Below are positions 30,314 through 39,944 of a stretch of DNA of 41,476 bases, in pieces. This DNA is from Euryarchaeota archaeon UBA4. GTDB taxonomy: Archaea; Thermoplasmatota; Poseidoniia; Poseidoniales; Thalassarchaeaceae. The notes beneath the pieces are model-generated. The model searched no databases and was not told the DNA's origin. It saw nothing but the letters and a program-made list of their open reading frames with translations. Position 1 is the first letter of the stretch. Each line of letters starts with the position of its first letter. The stretch lies in the NCBI GenBank assembly GCA_002497985.1, contig DAFQ01000008.1, positions 1 to 41,476 of the forward strand, read 5' to 3'. The translations under genes and the position numbers were made by a program.

Positions 30314-31612
30314 ATGCCAGTTGACAATAGCAGATTGAAGGGTTTCTACAAACTATCCGTATCAGAGAGGAGGGAGATGTTGGCTAGCATAGCTGGACTG
30401 GACAGTAGCATGGTTGACGCATGGGCATCCAGCGGTGAGCTTGATGAGGAGACGGCGGACAGAATGATTGAGAATGTGATTGGCACTTACTCACTACCAA
30501 TTGGTGTAGCTACAAACTTCATCATCGATGGGGAACACTACCTGATACCATTTGTAGTTGAGGAGGCAAGTGTGGTTGCGGCCGCTTCCAATATGGCAAA
30601 GAGGTGCCAAGCTAGTGGGGGATTTAGATCGGACAACGACGAGCCGGTTATGATTGGACAAATTCAAGTCGTTGGATGCGGAGATGTTGAGGCGGCGAGA
30701 GATTCCATATTGTCTGCTTCTGAAGAGTTGATTGCCGCATGCAATGATGTCGATCCCATCCTGGTGAAATTTGGAGGGGGTTGCAGAAACATAGAGGCGC
30801 GAATTATTGAAACTGGTTCGGGGCCAATGGTGATTGTCCATATCCTCGTCGATTGCAGGGATGCAATGGGGGCAAATGCGGTCAATACAATGGCTGAAAC
30901 CATAGCTCCCAGAATTGAGGAGTTGTCTTCTGGAACTGTTATTCTAAGGATCATCAGCAATCTAGCCGTACATAGGCTAGCTAGAGTTAGTGCAACATTC
31001 ACCCCCGAAGAGATGTCCGACTCTGGAGATGATCCAGGAAGAGGCTCGGATGTCATTGATGGAGTGATTCAGGCATATCATTTCGCAGCGGCGGATCCAT
31101 TCAGGGCGACTACTCACAACAAGGGGATCATGAATGCCATTTCCCCGGTTGCTATAGCGTGTGGCCAGGACTGGAGGGCTATCGAGTCTGGAGCTCACTC
31201 CTATGCTGCCTATGGCCGTGAATATGGTTCAATGACTCATTGGGAGAAGGACACGGATGGGAATCTCATCGGTTCCATAGAAATTCCAATGGCTGTCGGA
31301 TTAGTGGGAGGGGCTGTTAGAATACACCCTGGAGCACAGGCGAACGTTGCCCTCCTGGGACTCAGGACTGCAAACGACCTTGCAAAGGTCATGGCTGCAG
31401 CCGGACTAGCACAGAATCTTGGTGCTCTGAGAGCATTGGCCACAGTTGGAATTCAAGCAGGCCATATGAAATTACACCTCATGAATATGGTTGCTGCTTC
31501 CGGGGCAGAGGGCAGTGAGATAGAGGCTGTAGCCAAAAAGGTCAGAGAGAGCGGCGAGAGGATAACGATGGCAGTTGTCGAGAGGACACTGTCAGAAATA
31601 AGGGGCGAATAG
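30314..31612 (+). CDS. hmgA: HMG-CoA reductase, class II
   Basis: The ORF opens at 30275. The Met at 30314 (MPVDNSRLKGFYKLSVSERR) fits the class II N-terminus. EEASVVAAASN, DAMGANAVNTMAE, GQDWRAIESGAHSYAA. Confidence 0.9.
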   Translation: MPVDNSRLKGFYKLSVSERREMLASIAGLDSSMVDAWASSGELDEETADRMIENVIGTYSLPIGVATNFIIDGEHYLIPFVVEEASVVAAASNMAKRCQASGGFRSDNDEPVMIGQIQVVGCGDVEAARDSILSASEELIAACNDVDPILVKFGGGCRNIEARIIETGSGPMVIVHILVDCRDAMGANAVNTMAETIAPRIEELSSGTVILRIISNLAVHRLARVSATFTPEEMSDSGDDPGRGSDVIDGVIQAYHFAAADPFRATTHNKGIMNAISPVAIACGQDWRAIESGAHSYAAYGREYGSMTHWEKDTDGNLIGSIEIPMAVGLVGGAVRIHPGAQANVALLGLRTANDLAKVMAAAGLAQNLGALRALATVGIQAGHMKLHLMNMVAASGAEGSEIEAVAKKVRESGERITMAVVERTLSEIRGE

Positions 31613-32239
31613 TCACTCTTCGGCCTGAGCTTCGACCTTAGCCACTTCTTCATTGCCGGAAAACTCGGCAATCGTCATCTGCTCATCAGGAGCTAGTGAA
31701 GCGGCCAATTGTGCACTAGTTAGCCCCAGTTTAGCTGCCTCCCCCCTGAACCATGCCTTTACCTTTCGATACTCCACTTCTGGGCAACCAAAGTACTCGG
31801 CGAACCTTCTGGTAGTAGTTAGCCTCCTGGTTAGTCCCTCCCTCCTCTTGTCGATTAGCCCCAGATTGGCCAAATCCCTGACATGGTCGTATGCTTTCTG
31901 CCCTAGCATGTCAACCAGTTGTGCTTGAGGCATTGGCTGATGGTAAGCTATCAGTGCTGCAGCTGGAAGGAGCCTTTGTGGTATCTCGGGTTTGAAGGTA
32001 TCAGGGAGGAACTGTGACAATGAAGGGTTGACTTCAATGATCCACCTGCCACTAACCTCCGAGAGTTGGAGGGCGGATTGCTCCCTCTCACTCATGTCTT
32101 TCTTTAGTTCTGTTAGTGATTCGGAAACCTGGAAGTTCCTCTTCCCGAGTAGTTTGGCCAATTCATCGACAGACATCGAACGGCCGGCTCCGAAGAGTAT
32201 GGCCTCCAGTAGTGAGGAGAGTGGCGGCCCTTCAGTCAT
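31613..32239 (-). CDS. scpB: Segregation and condensation protein B
   Basis: 208 aa. LLEAILFGAGRSMSVDELAKLL and a second winged-helix region. 1-nt TAATG overlap with scpA. Confidence 0.85.
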   Translation of the reverse strand: MTEGPPLSSLLEAILFGAGRSMSVDELAKLLGKRNFQVSESLTELKKDMSEREQSALQLSEVSGRWIIEVNPSLSQFLPDTFKPEIPQRLLPAAALIAYHQPMPQAQLVDMLGQKAYDHVRDLANLGLIDKRREGLTRRLTTTRRFAEYFGCPEVEYRKVKAWFRGEAAKLGLTSAQLAASLAPDEQMTIAEFSGNEEVAKVEAQAEE

Positions 32240-33240
32240 TATTGTCCCCCCAGTGATCCATCATTCGGGTGAAGTCTGTTTGTTAATTCCGAGAAGCTCT
32301 CATCGCCCTCCCAGAGTGGTTTTAGAGTGATAACCCCATCTTTTCCTGGCTCCTGGGACAATTCCGTGTAGCCCCTGTTCGTAAGGAAAAGTGCGGATAC
32401 CAGGGCTGTTACCTGTGCCTCTGCTTGGGCCTCGCCGACCTGGACGCCGGAATTCATCGACCTGTCCATCAATTCACCAGAGATTTCCTTGAGTGAGATA
32501 TTGCTTCCATTCTGCTCGGCCCGGGAAATGAGTGCTTCCCATGTCCTTTCCAAGTCTCCCTCTAAATCCTCTACGTGCAGACTGCCGCTGAATCTCTTTC
32601 TTGCTACTGATAGGGCGTCCCTCCTCTCCTCTGCGATCCTCTCCCTGGTTCTCTGCTCTTCTGCGAGCCTCCCTGCTTCTTGTAGCCCTAGAATTAATTC
32701 ACCCAGGGTTACAGGGCGCCCCTCATCTCTGTGAATTCTCCCCTCGAACATTGAGGGCAGTACCTCATCAGCGGCACCCGACAATACTCCGACCGAGAAG
32801 TTGTAGTCAGCATCGTCAAAGTCAGCTTCCCATCCTCCTTCGAAATCCCAGTTATCATCCTCCTCTGCGAAGTCGAATGCTCTTTCTTGCCTCTCAATTA
32901 GGTCCGAGGCTTGGCCCTTGAGTATCGACCATGCCATCCTTATCAGGCGACCACAAGTTGGTAGGTCGATGTTTTCGGAATTCTCTATCCTACTGGAAAA
33001 CATCTCGAGGAAGCAGGATAAATCAACATCCCATGGATCCAAATCGCTTGATTGGAACATCTGAAAAACCAGAGCCACTGATCTGTCGAATGGGTCAATT
33101 AGGAATTGGTGTTCTGCCTCCTCCATGCTAGCCAACTCTGAAATCCTGTCCAGATATTTACTTGTGGCCAAATCTGCCTCGCCCCCTAGGAGCCTGGAAA
33201 CTATGTCGTCCCTCATTGCTTGACCGTCTAGTAATGCCAC
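32239..33240 (-). CDS. scpA: Segregation and condensation protein A (kleisin)
   Basis: 333 aa. Kleisin N-terminal DLDPWDVDLSCFLEMF motif. Acidic insertion. Lies directly downstream of smc. Confidence 0.8.
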   Translation of the reverse strand: MALLDGQAMRDDIVSRLLGGEADLATSKYLDRISELASMEEAEHQFLIDPFDRSVALVFQMFQSSDLDPWDVDLSCFLEMFSSRIENSENIDLPTCGRLIRMAWSILKGQASDLIERQERAFDFAEEDDNWDFEGGWEADFDDADYNFSVGVLSGAADEVLPSMFEGRIHRDEGRPVTLGELILGLQEAGRLAEEQRTRERIAEERRDALSVARKRFSGSLHVEDLEGDLERTWEALISRAEQNGSNISLKEISGELMDRSMNSGVQVGEAQAEAQVTALVSALFLTNRGYTELSQEPGKDGVITLKPLWEGDESFSELTNRLHPNDGSLGGQ

Positions 33241-33249
33241 ATTGTCACC

Positions 33250-36200
33250 TCAATCTGATTCCACTTCGGCCTCCGGGAGTTCTTCTTCATCAGAGTCTGG
33301 AGAATGGGGTTCATCGGGAAACTCAACTTGGTTTCTTTCCTCGATGTCCTCAGACCAGTCCTCTGTCCTCTCCCTGAGTGATTCAATGCTGCTCTCACTA
33401 TTTCCTGATTCTCCAACTTCCCCATCCTCGCTGACTTCGACTCCCGCCCTGTCCGCAAGGCCGCCTAGACTCTTCGGGGAAGAGAGTGGCTCTGGGACCC
33501 TCGGCATGTCTTCTGGCTCCGGGAGTTCGGGCATGGCTTCGAGTTCTGCCTTGGATTCTGCCTGGGCTTTCTCTTCAGCCTCTAGCTCTTCACTGAGCTC
33601 TATTGCTGCAGCTCTGTCGAAGTCAGTGATCCTTCTACTGCAGCCGTCCCCTGCATGCGTAATTCCAATATGGTGGTCAGCCAGGGAAAGACTCACCTTC
33701 CTCAATGTCACCATGATGAATTGTGCCCTCTCGCTCCTTATTCTGCATAGAGTTGCTATTCTACCCGAGTTGAATGGATCTAGGTTCTGGTCAACTTCGT
33801 CGAAATAATAGAATGGGCTTGGCTCATAATCCTGTATTGCGAAGATTAGTGCCAAGGCCGCCATTGACTTCTCGCCCCCTGAGAGTGCGGATCTTCTTGT
33901 GTTTCTGCTCTTACCAGGTGGGACGCATGCCATGTCCAGACCGCCGTCGAATGGATTCTTCTTGTTCTCAAGTCTGAGTTGGCCGCTTCCAGACGGCTGA
34001 AGTATCTCGTAGACTCTGCTGAAGTTTCTATTTACGTGCTCGAAGACCGTCATGAATCGTAGCTTTCGCTCTGATTCGAGTTGCTCTGCTATGGACACCA
34101 AATGGTCTCTGCGCGATCTCAGGGTCTTGCCATCTTCCATCAGGTCTGCGATCCTCTCTGCGGTTGTATCATATTGCTCAATGGCTAGCATGTTAACATC
34201 GCCGAGGTTGCCGAGGCGGCGTTCGAGTCCCTGCAACACTCTCTCCGCCTCGGCAATTGTTGGTAGTTGTACATCTTCAGAGGGTATTTCCACCCCGGCC
34301 TCAAGTAGTTCTGATTCTGTTTCTCCCACGGCCTCCCTCTTCTGTTGAATCTGGGCATTGAGTTCATCGATTCTACTTCTGATGGTCTGCCTCTCCTTAG
34401 AAAGGCTGTCGAGTGATGCCCTGAGGCTGGCACGCTCTTCGAAGAGAGTGTCCCTCTTGTCCGTCAGTAATTTCTCTTCTTCATCAAACTGTGAAGATTG
34501 TGCCTTTAGTTCCTCGAGGTCCTTACGGGAGTTCTCAATAGATTTCTCGAGAGTGGTGATTGATGATTCTGCGTTTTCTATGGCAGTGTTGTGCTTACCG
34601 AGCCGCCTCTCGAGATCGGAAATCCTACTCTCCATTAGGGAGAGCTTTTCTTGATTAATTGAGATTGAGGATTCTGAGGCCAGTCGGGTCCTCTCGGCAT
34701 CGGTTCTTGTCTGCTCGGCCTTCCTGAGTATCTCGGAAAGGTGATCCGGGGTGTTGTCTTGCAATGCTTCTGCAGCCATTGACCTAGCCTCGATCGCTGC
34801 ATTCAATTCGCCTTCAGCGGATGCTGCATCGGCTTCTTTCTCCTTCCTAGTTTTCTCGGAGGAGTCGAGTTCGGACTTTGCGGCTATGACTTTGGACTCG
34901 GTCTCGGACACCAACTTAGTTGCCCTATCCATATCTGCCTTCCAATTCCTCACCTTGACGGAGTGATCGCTTCCGTCGACATTGTTTATCCTGTCACGGA
35001 GCGATTGCATGTTTGTCATGGTCTCCCTGAGTGCGGCATCGACAGTTGAATAGAGAAGGTCCGCTTCCTGAACTGCGCCTTCTAGTCTCTCCAGACTAGA
35101 GTTCCTAACCGGGCCACCTCCGAATGAGGGCCTATTGCCTCTGGATGAAGATCCTCCCGTCATTGCCCCTGAGCTTTCAATTAGGGAGCCGTCGGGAGTG
35201 ACCATCCTGACTCCGCCCATGTTTCTCCTTGCAACTTCCATCGACTCAACCAAGAGTGTGTTTCGACTGGCGTACAGAACTGCGGTCTCCACCTCCTGGT
35301 CATAGTCGAGTAGCTCATGGGCGAAACCTATCATGCCAGGATTCCTAGCAACGAGAAGCGTTCTCCCTTGGGGCCTTGATGACTTTAGTTTCGAGAGAGG
35401 CAGGAAAGTGGCTCTCCCCCCACTATTCTTTCGTAGCCATGCTATGCACTTGGCGGCGACCTCATCGTCCCTCACTACAATGCTCCTTAGCCCGTTGCCG
35501 AGAGCCGTTGCGAGTGCTTCCTCGTGAGAGGGGTCCTTCGGAGAGGTCAGCTCCCCTAGAGAACCAAGGATACCAGAGATGTGGCCACTCTCCCTTAGTC
35601 TGGATAAAGCTGCCAGAGTCAGGGCCGATCCGGGTGCGGAGGACCTTGCCTCTTGTCTCGCCTTTGCCTTGCTGAGGTTCCTCTCTGCATCCCTTAGTCT
35701 CGTCTCGGATCTATCCCTATCGGCCCTGAGTTCGCTTTCCTGCTTCTGGAGCCTGCGAAAATCGTCCGCCAGAGAACCCCTGTCGGAGTCCCCTTCTGAG
35801 TCCCTTAGATCTTCGCCAATCAATTCTAGATCGTCCCTGACCATTGTGGCCTCCTCGTACTTCTCCTCCAAATCTGCCAGATTCTCCGAAGCAATCTGTG
35901 ATGCTTGGGATGCCCTGTCTGCCTCGAGTTGCGCTTGGGAATGGTCATCTTGGGCGGAGGAAACCGCATCTGCGGCCTTTCCTAGAGCTCGATTAAGGTC
36001 CCTTGCATGCTTGTCGCCCGATTCGATCGCCTTCCTGGCATCCTTCTCTTCTTTGGATGCCTGAATGAGTGATTCGTCGGCGAAAGAAAGGGCATCATTG
36101 GCCTCTTCCAGAGCGTCGCTTGCTTGCTTCCTTGCACTGTGTGCCCTGTCTGCCTCAGTCGTCAGAACATTGACCTCTTCCTTCGACTCAGAAATTACCT

Positions 36201-37176
36201 TACGCTGGTCACCAATCCTATCTGAGCCTGTTTCTATGTCAATTTCGTGCTGTCGTATTTCTTGAATCAGCTTCTGTGCGTCTCCCGCTAGGACTTCCCT
36301 GATTTCAGCCTCAATACTCACTAGCTCTTCGTCGTAGTTCACAAGATTCGAGTTTCCCTCTGTAATTGAGGAGTCCAGTTCTCGCACTCTATCCGTATAG
36401 TCTGATCTCTCATTTCCAAGAAGCTTGACCTCGTCAATTCTGTTCCTGTATCTAGACTGGTAAAGGATGACCTTTGACTCGTCCCTCTCTTCCTTCAGCT
36501 CCCTGAATTTGAGAGCCTGCTCTCTTTCTTTCCCAAGTTGTTTGAGTTGTTTCTTCTTATCGACCTCTAGCAGATCTATTGTCTCTATGCTATTCTCGAC
36601 ATGCTTCCTCTGATTATTTGCCCTTCTAATCTCATCGTCATAAGCCGTTACTCCAGCGACTTCTTCGAGCACCCCTCTCCTCCTGTGAGGAGTCATGGTG
36701 GCTAGATTGGTGACATCGCCCTGTAGAACAATGTTGTATCCATCTCCCCTAAGTCCGGCTTCAGCTAGAACCCTCCTCATCTCTGTAGAAGTGGATGGCT
36801 TGTCCCCTATTCTGAACGAGGAAACTGGATCGCCCTTTCGGTTCAACCTTACTGACCTGGTAAATGAGACCTCGTCCTCCTGGATCCTTAGCCTTCTTTG
36901 TCCATCGTGTTCCGGCACATTTGCGAAAACTAGTGTCACAGACATCTGCTTAGCTGCCTTTCCCCTCCCTCCGCCATTGAAGATTAGTTCGGAAACATTC
37001 GATGCCCTGAGGGCCTTGGTAGATTTGGGTCCAAGAACGAATTGAATAGCGTCCCCACAATTTGACTTGCCGCTTCCATTGGGGCCAGTGATAGCAGTGA
37101 ATCCCATGTCGAATGGGATGACCATCTCTCCGCCGAAAGACTTGAAGTTCTCGAGTTCAATCCGAATAAGATGCAT
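33250..37176 (-). CDS. smc: Chromosome partition protein SMC with about 121-aa acidic C-terminal tail
   Basis: 1308 aa. N-terminal IELENFKSF...ITGPNGSGKSN, long coiled coils, a hinge, C-terminal LSGGEKSMAALALIFA and FYYFDEVD. The tail at 33253..33615 is Glu/Asp/Ser/Pro-rich. Confidence 0.95.
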   Translation of the reverse strand: MHLIRIELENFKSFGGEMVIPFDMGFTAITGPNGSGKSNCGDAIQFVLGPKSTKALRASNVSELIFNGGGRGKAAKQMSVTLVFANVPEHDGQRRLRIQEDEVSFTRSVRLNRKGDPVSSFRIGDKPSTSTEMRRVLAEAGLRGDGYNIVLQGDVTNLATMTPHRRRGVLEEVAGVTAYDDEIRRANNQRKHVENSIETIDLLEVDKKKQLKQLGKEREQALKFRELKEERDESKVILYQSRYRNRIDEVKLLGNERSDYTDRVRELDSSITEGNSNLVNYDEELVSIEAEIREVLAGDAQKLIQEIRQHEIDIETGSDRIGDQRKVISESKEEVNVLTTEADRAHSARKQASDALEEANDALSFADESLIQASKEEKDARKAIESGDKHARDLNRALGKAADAVSSAQDDHSQAQLEADRASQASQIASENLADLEEKYEEATMVRDDLELIGEDLRDSEGDSDRGSLADDFRRLQKQESELRADRDRSETRLRDAERNLSKAKARQEARSSAPGSALTLAALSRLRESGHISGILGSLGELTSPKDPSHEEALATALGNGLRSIVVRDDEVAAKCIAWLRKNSGGRATFLPLSKLKSSRPQGRTLLVARNPGMIGFAHELLDYDQEVETAVLYASRNTLLVESMEVARRNMGGVRMVTPDGSLIESSGAMTGGSSSRGNRPSFGGGPVRNSSLERLEGAVQEADLLYSTVDAALRETMTNMQSLRDRINNVDGSDHSVKVRNWKADMDRATKLVSETESKVIAAKSELDSSEKTRKEKEADAASAEGELNAAIEARSMAAEALQDNTPDHLSEILRKAEQTRTDAERTRLASESSISINQEKLSLMESRISDLERRLGKHNTAIENAESSITTLEKSIENSRKDLEELKAQSSQFDEEEKLLTDKRDTLFEERASLRASLDSLSKERQTIRSRIDELNAQIQQKREAVGETESELLEAGVEIPSEDVQLPTIAEAERVLQGLERRLGNLGDVNMLAIEQYDTTAERIADLMEDGKTLRSRRDHLVSIAEQLESERKLRFMTVFEHVNRNFSRVYEILQPSGSGQLRLENKKNPFDGGLDMACVPPGKSRNTRRSALSGGEKSMAALALIFAIQDYEPSPFYYFDEVDQNLDPFNSGRIATLCRIRSERAQFIMVTLRKVSLSLADHHIGITHAGDGCSRRITDFDRAAAIELSEELEAEEKAQAESKAELEAMPELPEPEDMPRVPEPLSSPKSLGGLADRAGVEVSEDGEVGESGNSESSIESLRERTEDWSEDIEERNQVEFPDEPHSPDSDEEELPEAEVESD

Positions 37177-37279
37177 CCCATCACCTAAGAGTCAGCAAAA
37201 GTTTTCGCCGACGCTAATCACCGGCTCCATGCCTTTTATCCTATGAATGTTGAGGCATACAAAAGCGCAGCACAACGTT

Positions 37280-37310
37280 TCTCCGGCTCGTTTCGAAACG
37301 CCGAAGGAGA
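37280..37310. promoter_or_regulatory. Imperfect inverted repeat with perfect 12-bp palindrome CGTTTCGAAACG upstream of nadB
   Basis: Palindrome at 37289..37300. Outer arms TCTCC and GGAGA. An extra CGTTTC half-site at 37276..37281. Sits 25-55 nt upstream of the putative nadB start, in the smc/nadB divergent spacer. Confidence 0.4.
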
Positions 37311-37334
37311 CTGGAACATTGCGAAGATTCTAGG

Positions 37335-38993
37335 GTGGCTCGCCTTGGGACGTTCGTGGAAATTGGGGGCTCCGTCACATCTCTAGAGCCTGTTGATGTG
37401 GCCGTAGTTGGATCTGGGATTGCTGGGCTATTCCTAGCTGTGAGATGTGCTAGAGATGGCATGAGTGTCGCTGTGGTTACGAAGAAGGGAGTTAGTACCT
37501 CGTCGACAAACTGGGCACAAGGTGGAATCGCTGGAGTTCTGGATGTTGATGATGTCGATGCAATAGAAGCTCATGTCAAAGACACCTTATCGGCTGGCGG
37601 TGGACTCTGTGATGAGGAAGTGGTTCGCAGCGTCATAAGCGAGGCTGCCCTGAGGATAAGAGATCTAGTTGAACATGGAGTTAGATTTGATCGAGGGGCT
37701 GACGGAACTTTTGACATGGCCAGAGAGGGCGGACATAGTGGTGCTAGAATTCTCCATTCGAGAGATAGGACGGGACAGGAGATTGAGAGGGCCTTGACAG
37801 AGGTGGCATCTTCTGAGTCTGACTCAGATTTCCGAATAATGGAGAATTGGATGGCGGTCGACCTCATTCAGAGAAGTCATGGCAATCCCGAGGAGGGGGT
37901 TTCTGGAGTCTGGTGCCTGAATCCAGATGGTGAGGTTCGTACGCTTCCAGCTAAGGTGGTTGTTCTCGCCACCGGGGGTTCGGGCATGATGCACAAGGCA
38001 ACTACGAATCCCTCAATTGCAACTGGTGATGGTGTGGCCATGGCCTACAGGGCCGGGGCTGATATCAGGGATATGGAATTCATACAATTCCATCCCACTT
38101 CCCTGTCTGTTGGCGGACCCAAGCCATTTCTTATCAGTGAAGCCATGAGGGGGCATGGGGCGGTTTTGATGACAATTGGAGAACATGGAGAATGGTCGTC
38201 CTCGAATTCGCATTCGGACCCCAATGAAGGTTCGTTCATGAAAAGATACTCGGAGCTTGGGAGTCTTGGAACGAGGGATGTAGTGGCTAGGGCGATTGAT
38301 CACGAACTGAAGATGAGCGGGGACCCGCATGTTCTACTGGTCACTGAACACCTTGATGCTAGTGATCTCAGGGAGTCCTTTCCCACGATATCCAGTAGGC
38401 TCTCAGAAATTGGAATCTCCCTGGGCGAGGATCCGATTCCCGTTACTCCTGCAGCGCACTACATGGTTGGCGGCATAGGAGTCGATAGTTTGGGAAGGGC
38501 TACTCACGATGGCTCTCCGATGCCTGGCCTATTCGCGATCGGGGAGGTTGCATGTACCGGGCTTCACGGGGCTAATCGACTGGCTTCGAACAGCCTCCTA
38601 GAGGCCGTTGTTTTCTCAGACAGGGCGGCAGGACAGATAGTTCACGAGTGGCATAAGGGGGAGCTCCGAGAAATTCCTAGTGGGCTTCCCGACTGGAGGG
38701 CAGATGATCTCGACACCCTTGTAGAGCACTCTACTCTAAGGACTGATCTAGAGGCCCTCAGAACAACGATGACTCAGGATGTTGGAATTGTGAAGAGCGA
38801 TTCGCGTTTGGACAGGGCTGAGAGGATGCTTGAGCATATCGAGAAAGAGGTTTCGCTGACATGGAAGAAGTGTAAGCCGACGCAGGACCTTGTGGAGCTC
38901 CGTAATTTGGTAATGTTATCCAAGATGGTAGTGGCCGCTTCAAAAAATAGGAGAGTAAACGTGGGCCTGCATTACAATCTAGATTTGGTTTGA
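37335..38993 (+). CDS. nadB: L-aspartate oxidase
   Basis: 552 aa. FAD fold DVAVVGSGIAGL, STNWAQGGIAG, HPT, RGHGA. The GTG start is uncertain. Confidence 0.88.
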   Translation: MARLGTFVEIGGSVTSLEPVDVAVVGSGIAGLFLAVRCARDGMSVAVVTKKGVSTSSTNWAQGGIAGVLDVDDVDAIEAHVKDTLSAGGGLCDEEVVRSVISEAALRIRDLVEHGVRFDRGADGTFDMAREGGHSGARILHSRDRTGQEIERALTEVASSESDSDFRIMENWMAVDLIQRSHGNPEEGVSGVWCLNPDGEVRTLPAKVVVLATGGSGMMHKATTNPSIATGDGVAMAYRAGADIRDMEFIQFHPTSLSVGGPKPFLISEAMRGHGAVLMTIGEHGEWSSSNSHSDPNEGSFMKRYSELGSLGTRDVVARAIDHELKMSGDPHVLLVTEHLDASDLRESFPTISSRLSEIGISLGEDPIPVTPAAHYMVGGIGVDSLGRATHDGSPMPGLFAIGEVACTGLHGANRLASNSLLEAVVFSDRAAGQIVHEWHKGELREIPSGLPDWRADDLDTLVEHSTLRTDLEALRTTMTQDVGIVKSDSRLDRAERMLEHIEKEVSLTWKKCKPTQDLVELRNLVMLSKMVVAASKNRRVNVGLHYNLDLV

Positions 38994-39944
38994 CTAATCC
39001 AATTGTGATGAGGACTCTATTCCCTTAACTAATGCGAGTAAGATTGAGTTCCTGGGAGTGGGTATTCCAGTATCTTCGCCCTTGCTAACTATCGCCCCGC
39101 AGATTGACTCTATCTCTGTCTTGCGTCCGGACATCAGGTCCTGCAACATTGAGCACCTGTTGTCCGCCGTGGATTTGGCCACCTCTCTGAGAAGTTCTTC
39201 CAAGTCCAAATCACCGAGATCAACCCCGCTGGCATGAGCGACGGAAGATGCCTCCGACATTGCGGACAGGGCTTGATCCCACAAGTAGGTCGATTCCAGA
39301 AGAGCCCCATTCCTCACACCCGCTATGGAACAGATTGGATTTATTGCCACGTTAATCAGGAGCTTAGTCCAGATTGACCTTTGGATGTCCAAGTCCCACT
39401 CGGGATTGAGAGACGCCTCTGACAGATATTGGTACAGCAACTCCGCGCCCCCGTTAGCAGGCCCCCCATCGAGATTCCCCATTCTTATCGAGCCCCTTCC
39501 TACCCAGTGACTCCCATTCTCACCCCTCCATGCACCATGCGTGGTCGTTCCTCCAATAACGGGGGACCTACCTACCCTGCTTGCAATAATCTCCGCATGC
39601 CCCAAACCATTCTGAATACTCATGACAACCCCTCCCTCGCTCAGCAATTCCTCCGCGATCTGTGACAGGATAGGGGTGGATGAGGACTTTCCCGAAATTA
39701 TGACCGCATCACAGGATTTTCTCAGTGATTGATTGATTGGACCTGATTCGCTATCCACGGTTATGTACCTCTCCGGAGGTATGACGTCTATTGCCCCCTC
39801 AGGAGAGTGCATCACTATTCCCTCATTGGCTAATTCGGAAGATCTCGTGCCTCTCGAGACTGCTACCAATTCGGCATCAGTATCTGATAGGCATCCAAGT
39901 ATGACTGCTCCTATGGAGCCCACTCCGAGTATAGCTATCCTCAT
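38994..39944 (-). CDS. panE: 2-dehydropantoate 2-reductase (ApbA/PanE family)
   Basis: 316 aa. N-terminal Rossmann motif MRIAILGVGSIG. C-terminal domain with SMLQDL..GRKTEI, typical of ketopantoate reductases. Confidence 0.72.
   Translation of the reverse strand: MRIAILGVGSIGAVILGCLSDTDAELVAVSRGTRSSELANEGIVMHSPEGAIDVIPPERYITVDSESGPINQSLRKSCDAVIISGKSSSTPILSQIAEELLSEGGVVMSIQNGLGHAEIIASRVGRSPVIGGTTTHGAWRGENGSHWVGRGSIRMGNLDGGPANGGAELLYQYLSEASLNPEWDLDIQRSIWTKLLINVAINPICSIAGVRNGALLESTYLWDQALSAMSEASSVAHASGVDLGDLDLEELLREVAKSTADNRCSMLQDLMSGRKTEIESICGAIVSKGEDTGIPTPRNSILLALVKGIESSSQLD

Noticed and set aside
33242-36265. Several long plus-strand ORFs (33242..33808, 35579..36064, 36065..36265 and others) that are Ser/Leu/Ala-rich
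   Set aside because: They are the antisense shadow of the Glu/Lys/Leu-rich SMC coiled coil and acidic tail (GAR/AAG codons read backwards). They are low-complexity, have no starts with promoter space, and lie fully inside a high-confidence CDS.
37241-37462. Minus-strand 73-aa ORF in the smc/nadB spacer
   Set aside because: It overlaps the 5' end of nadB, including its FAD-binding motif region on the other strand. It is Ser/Thr/Pro/Arg-biased, and nothing supports coding.
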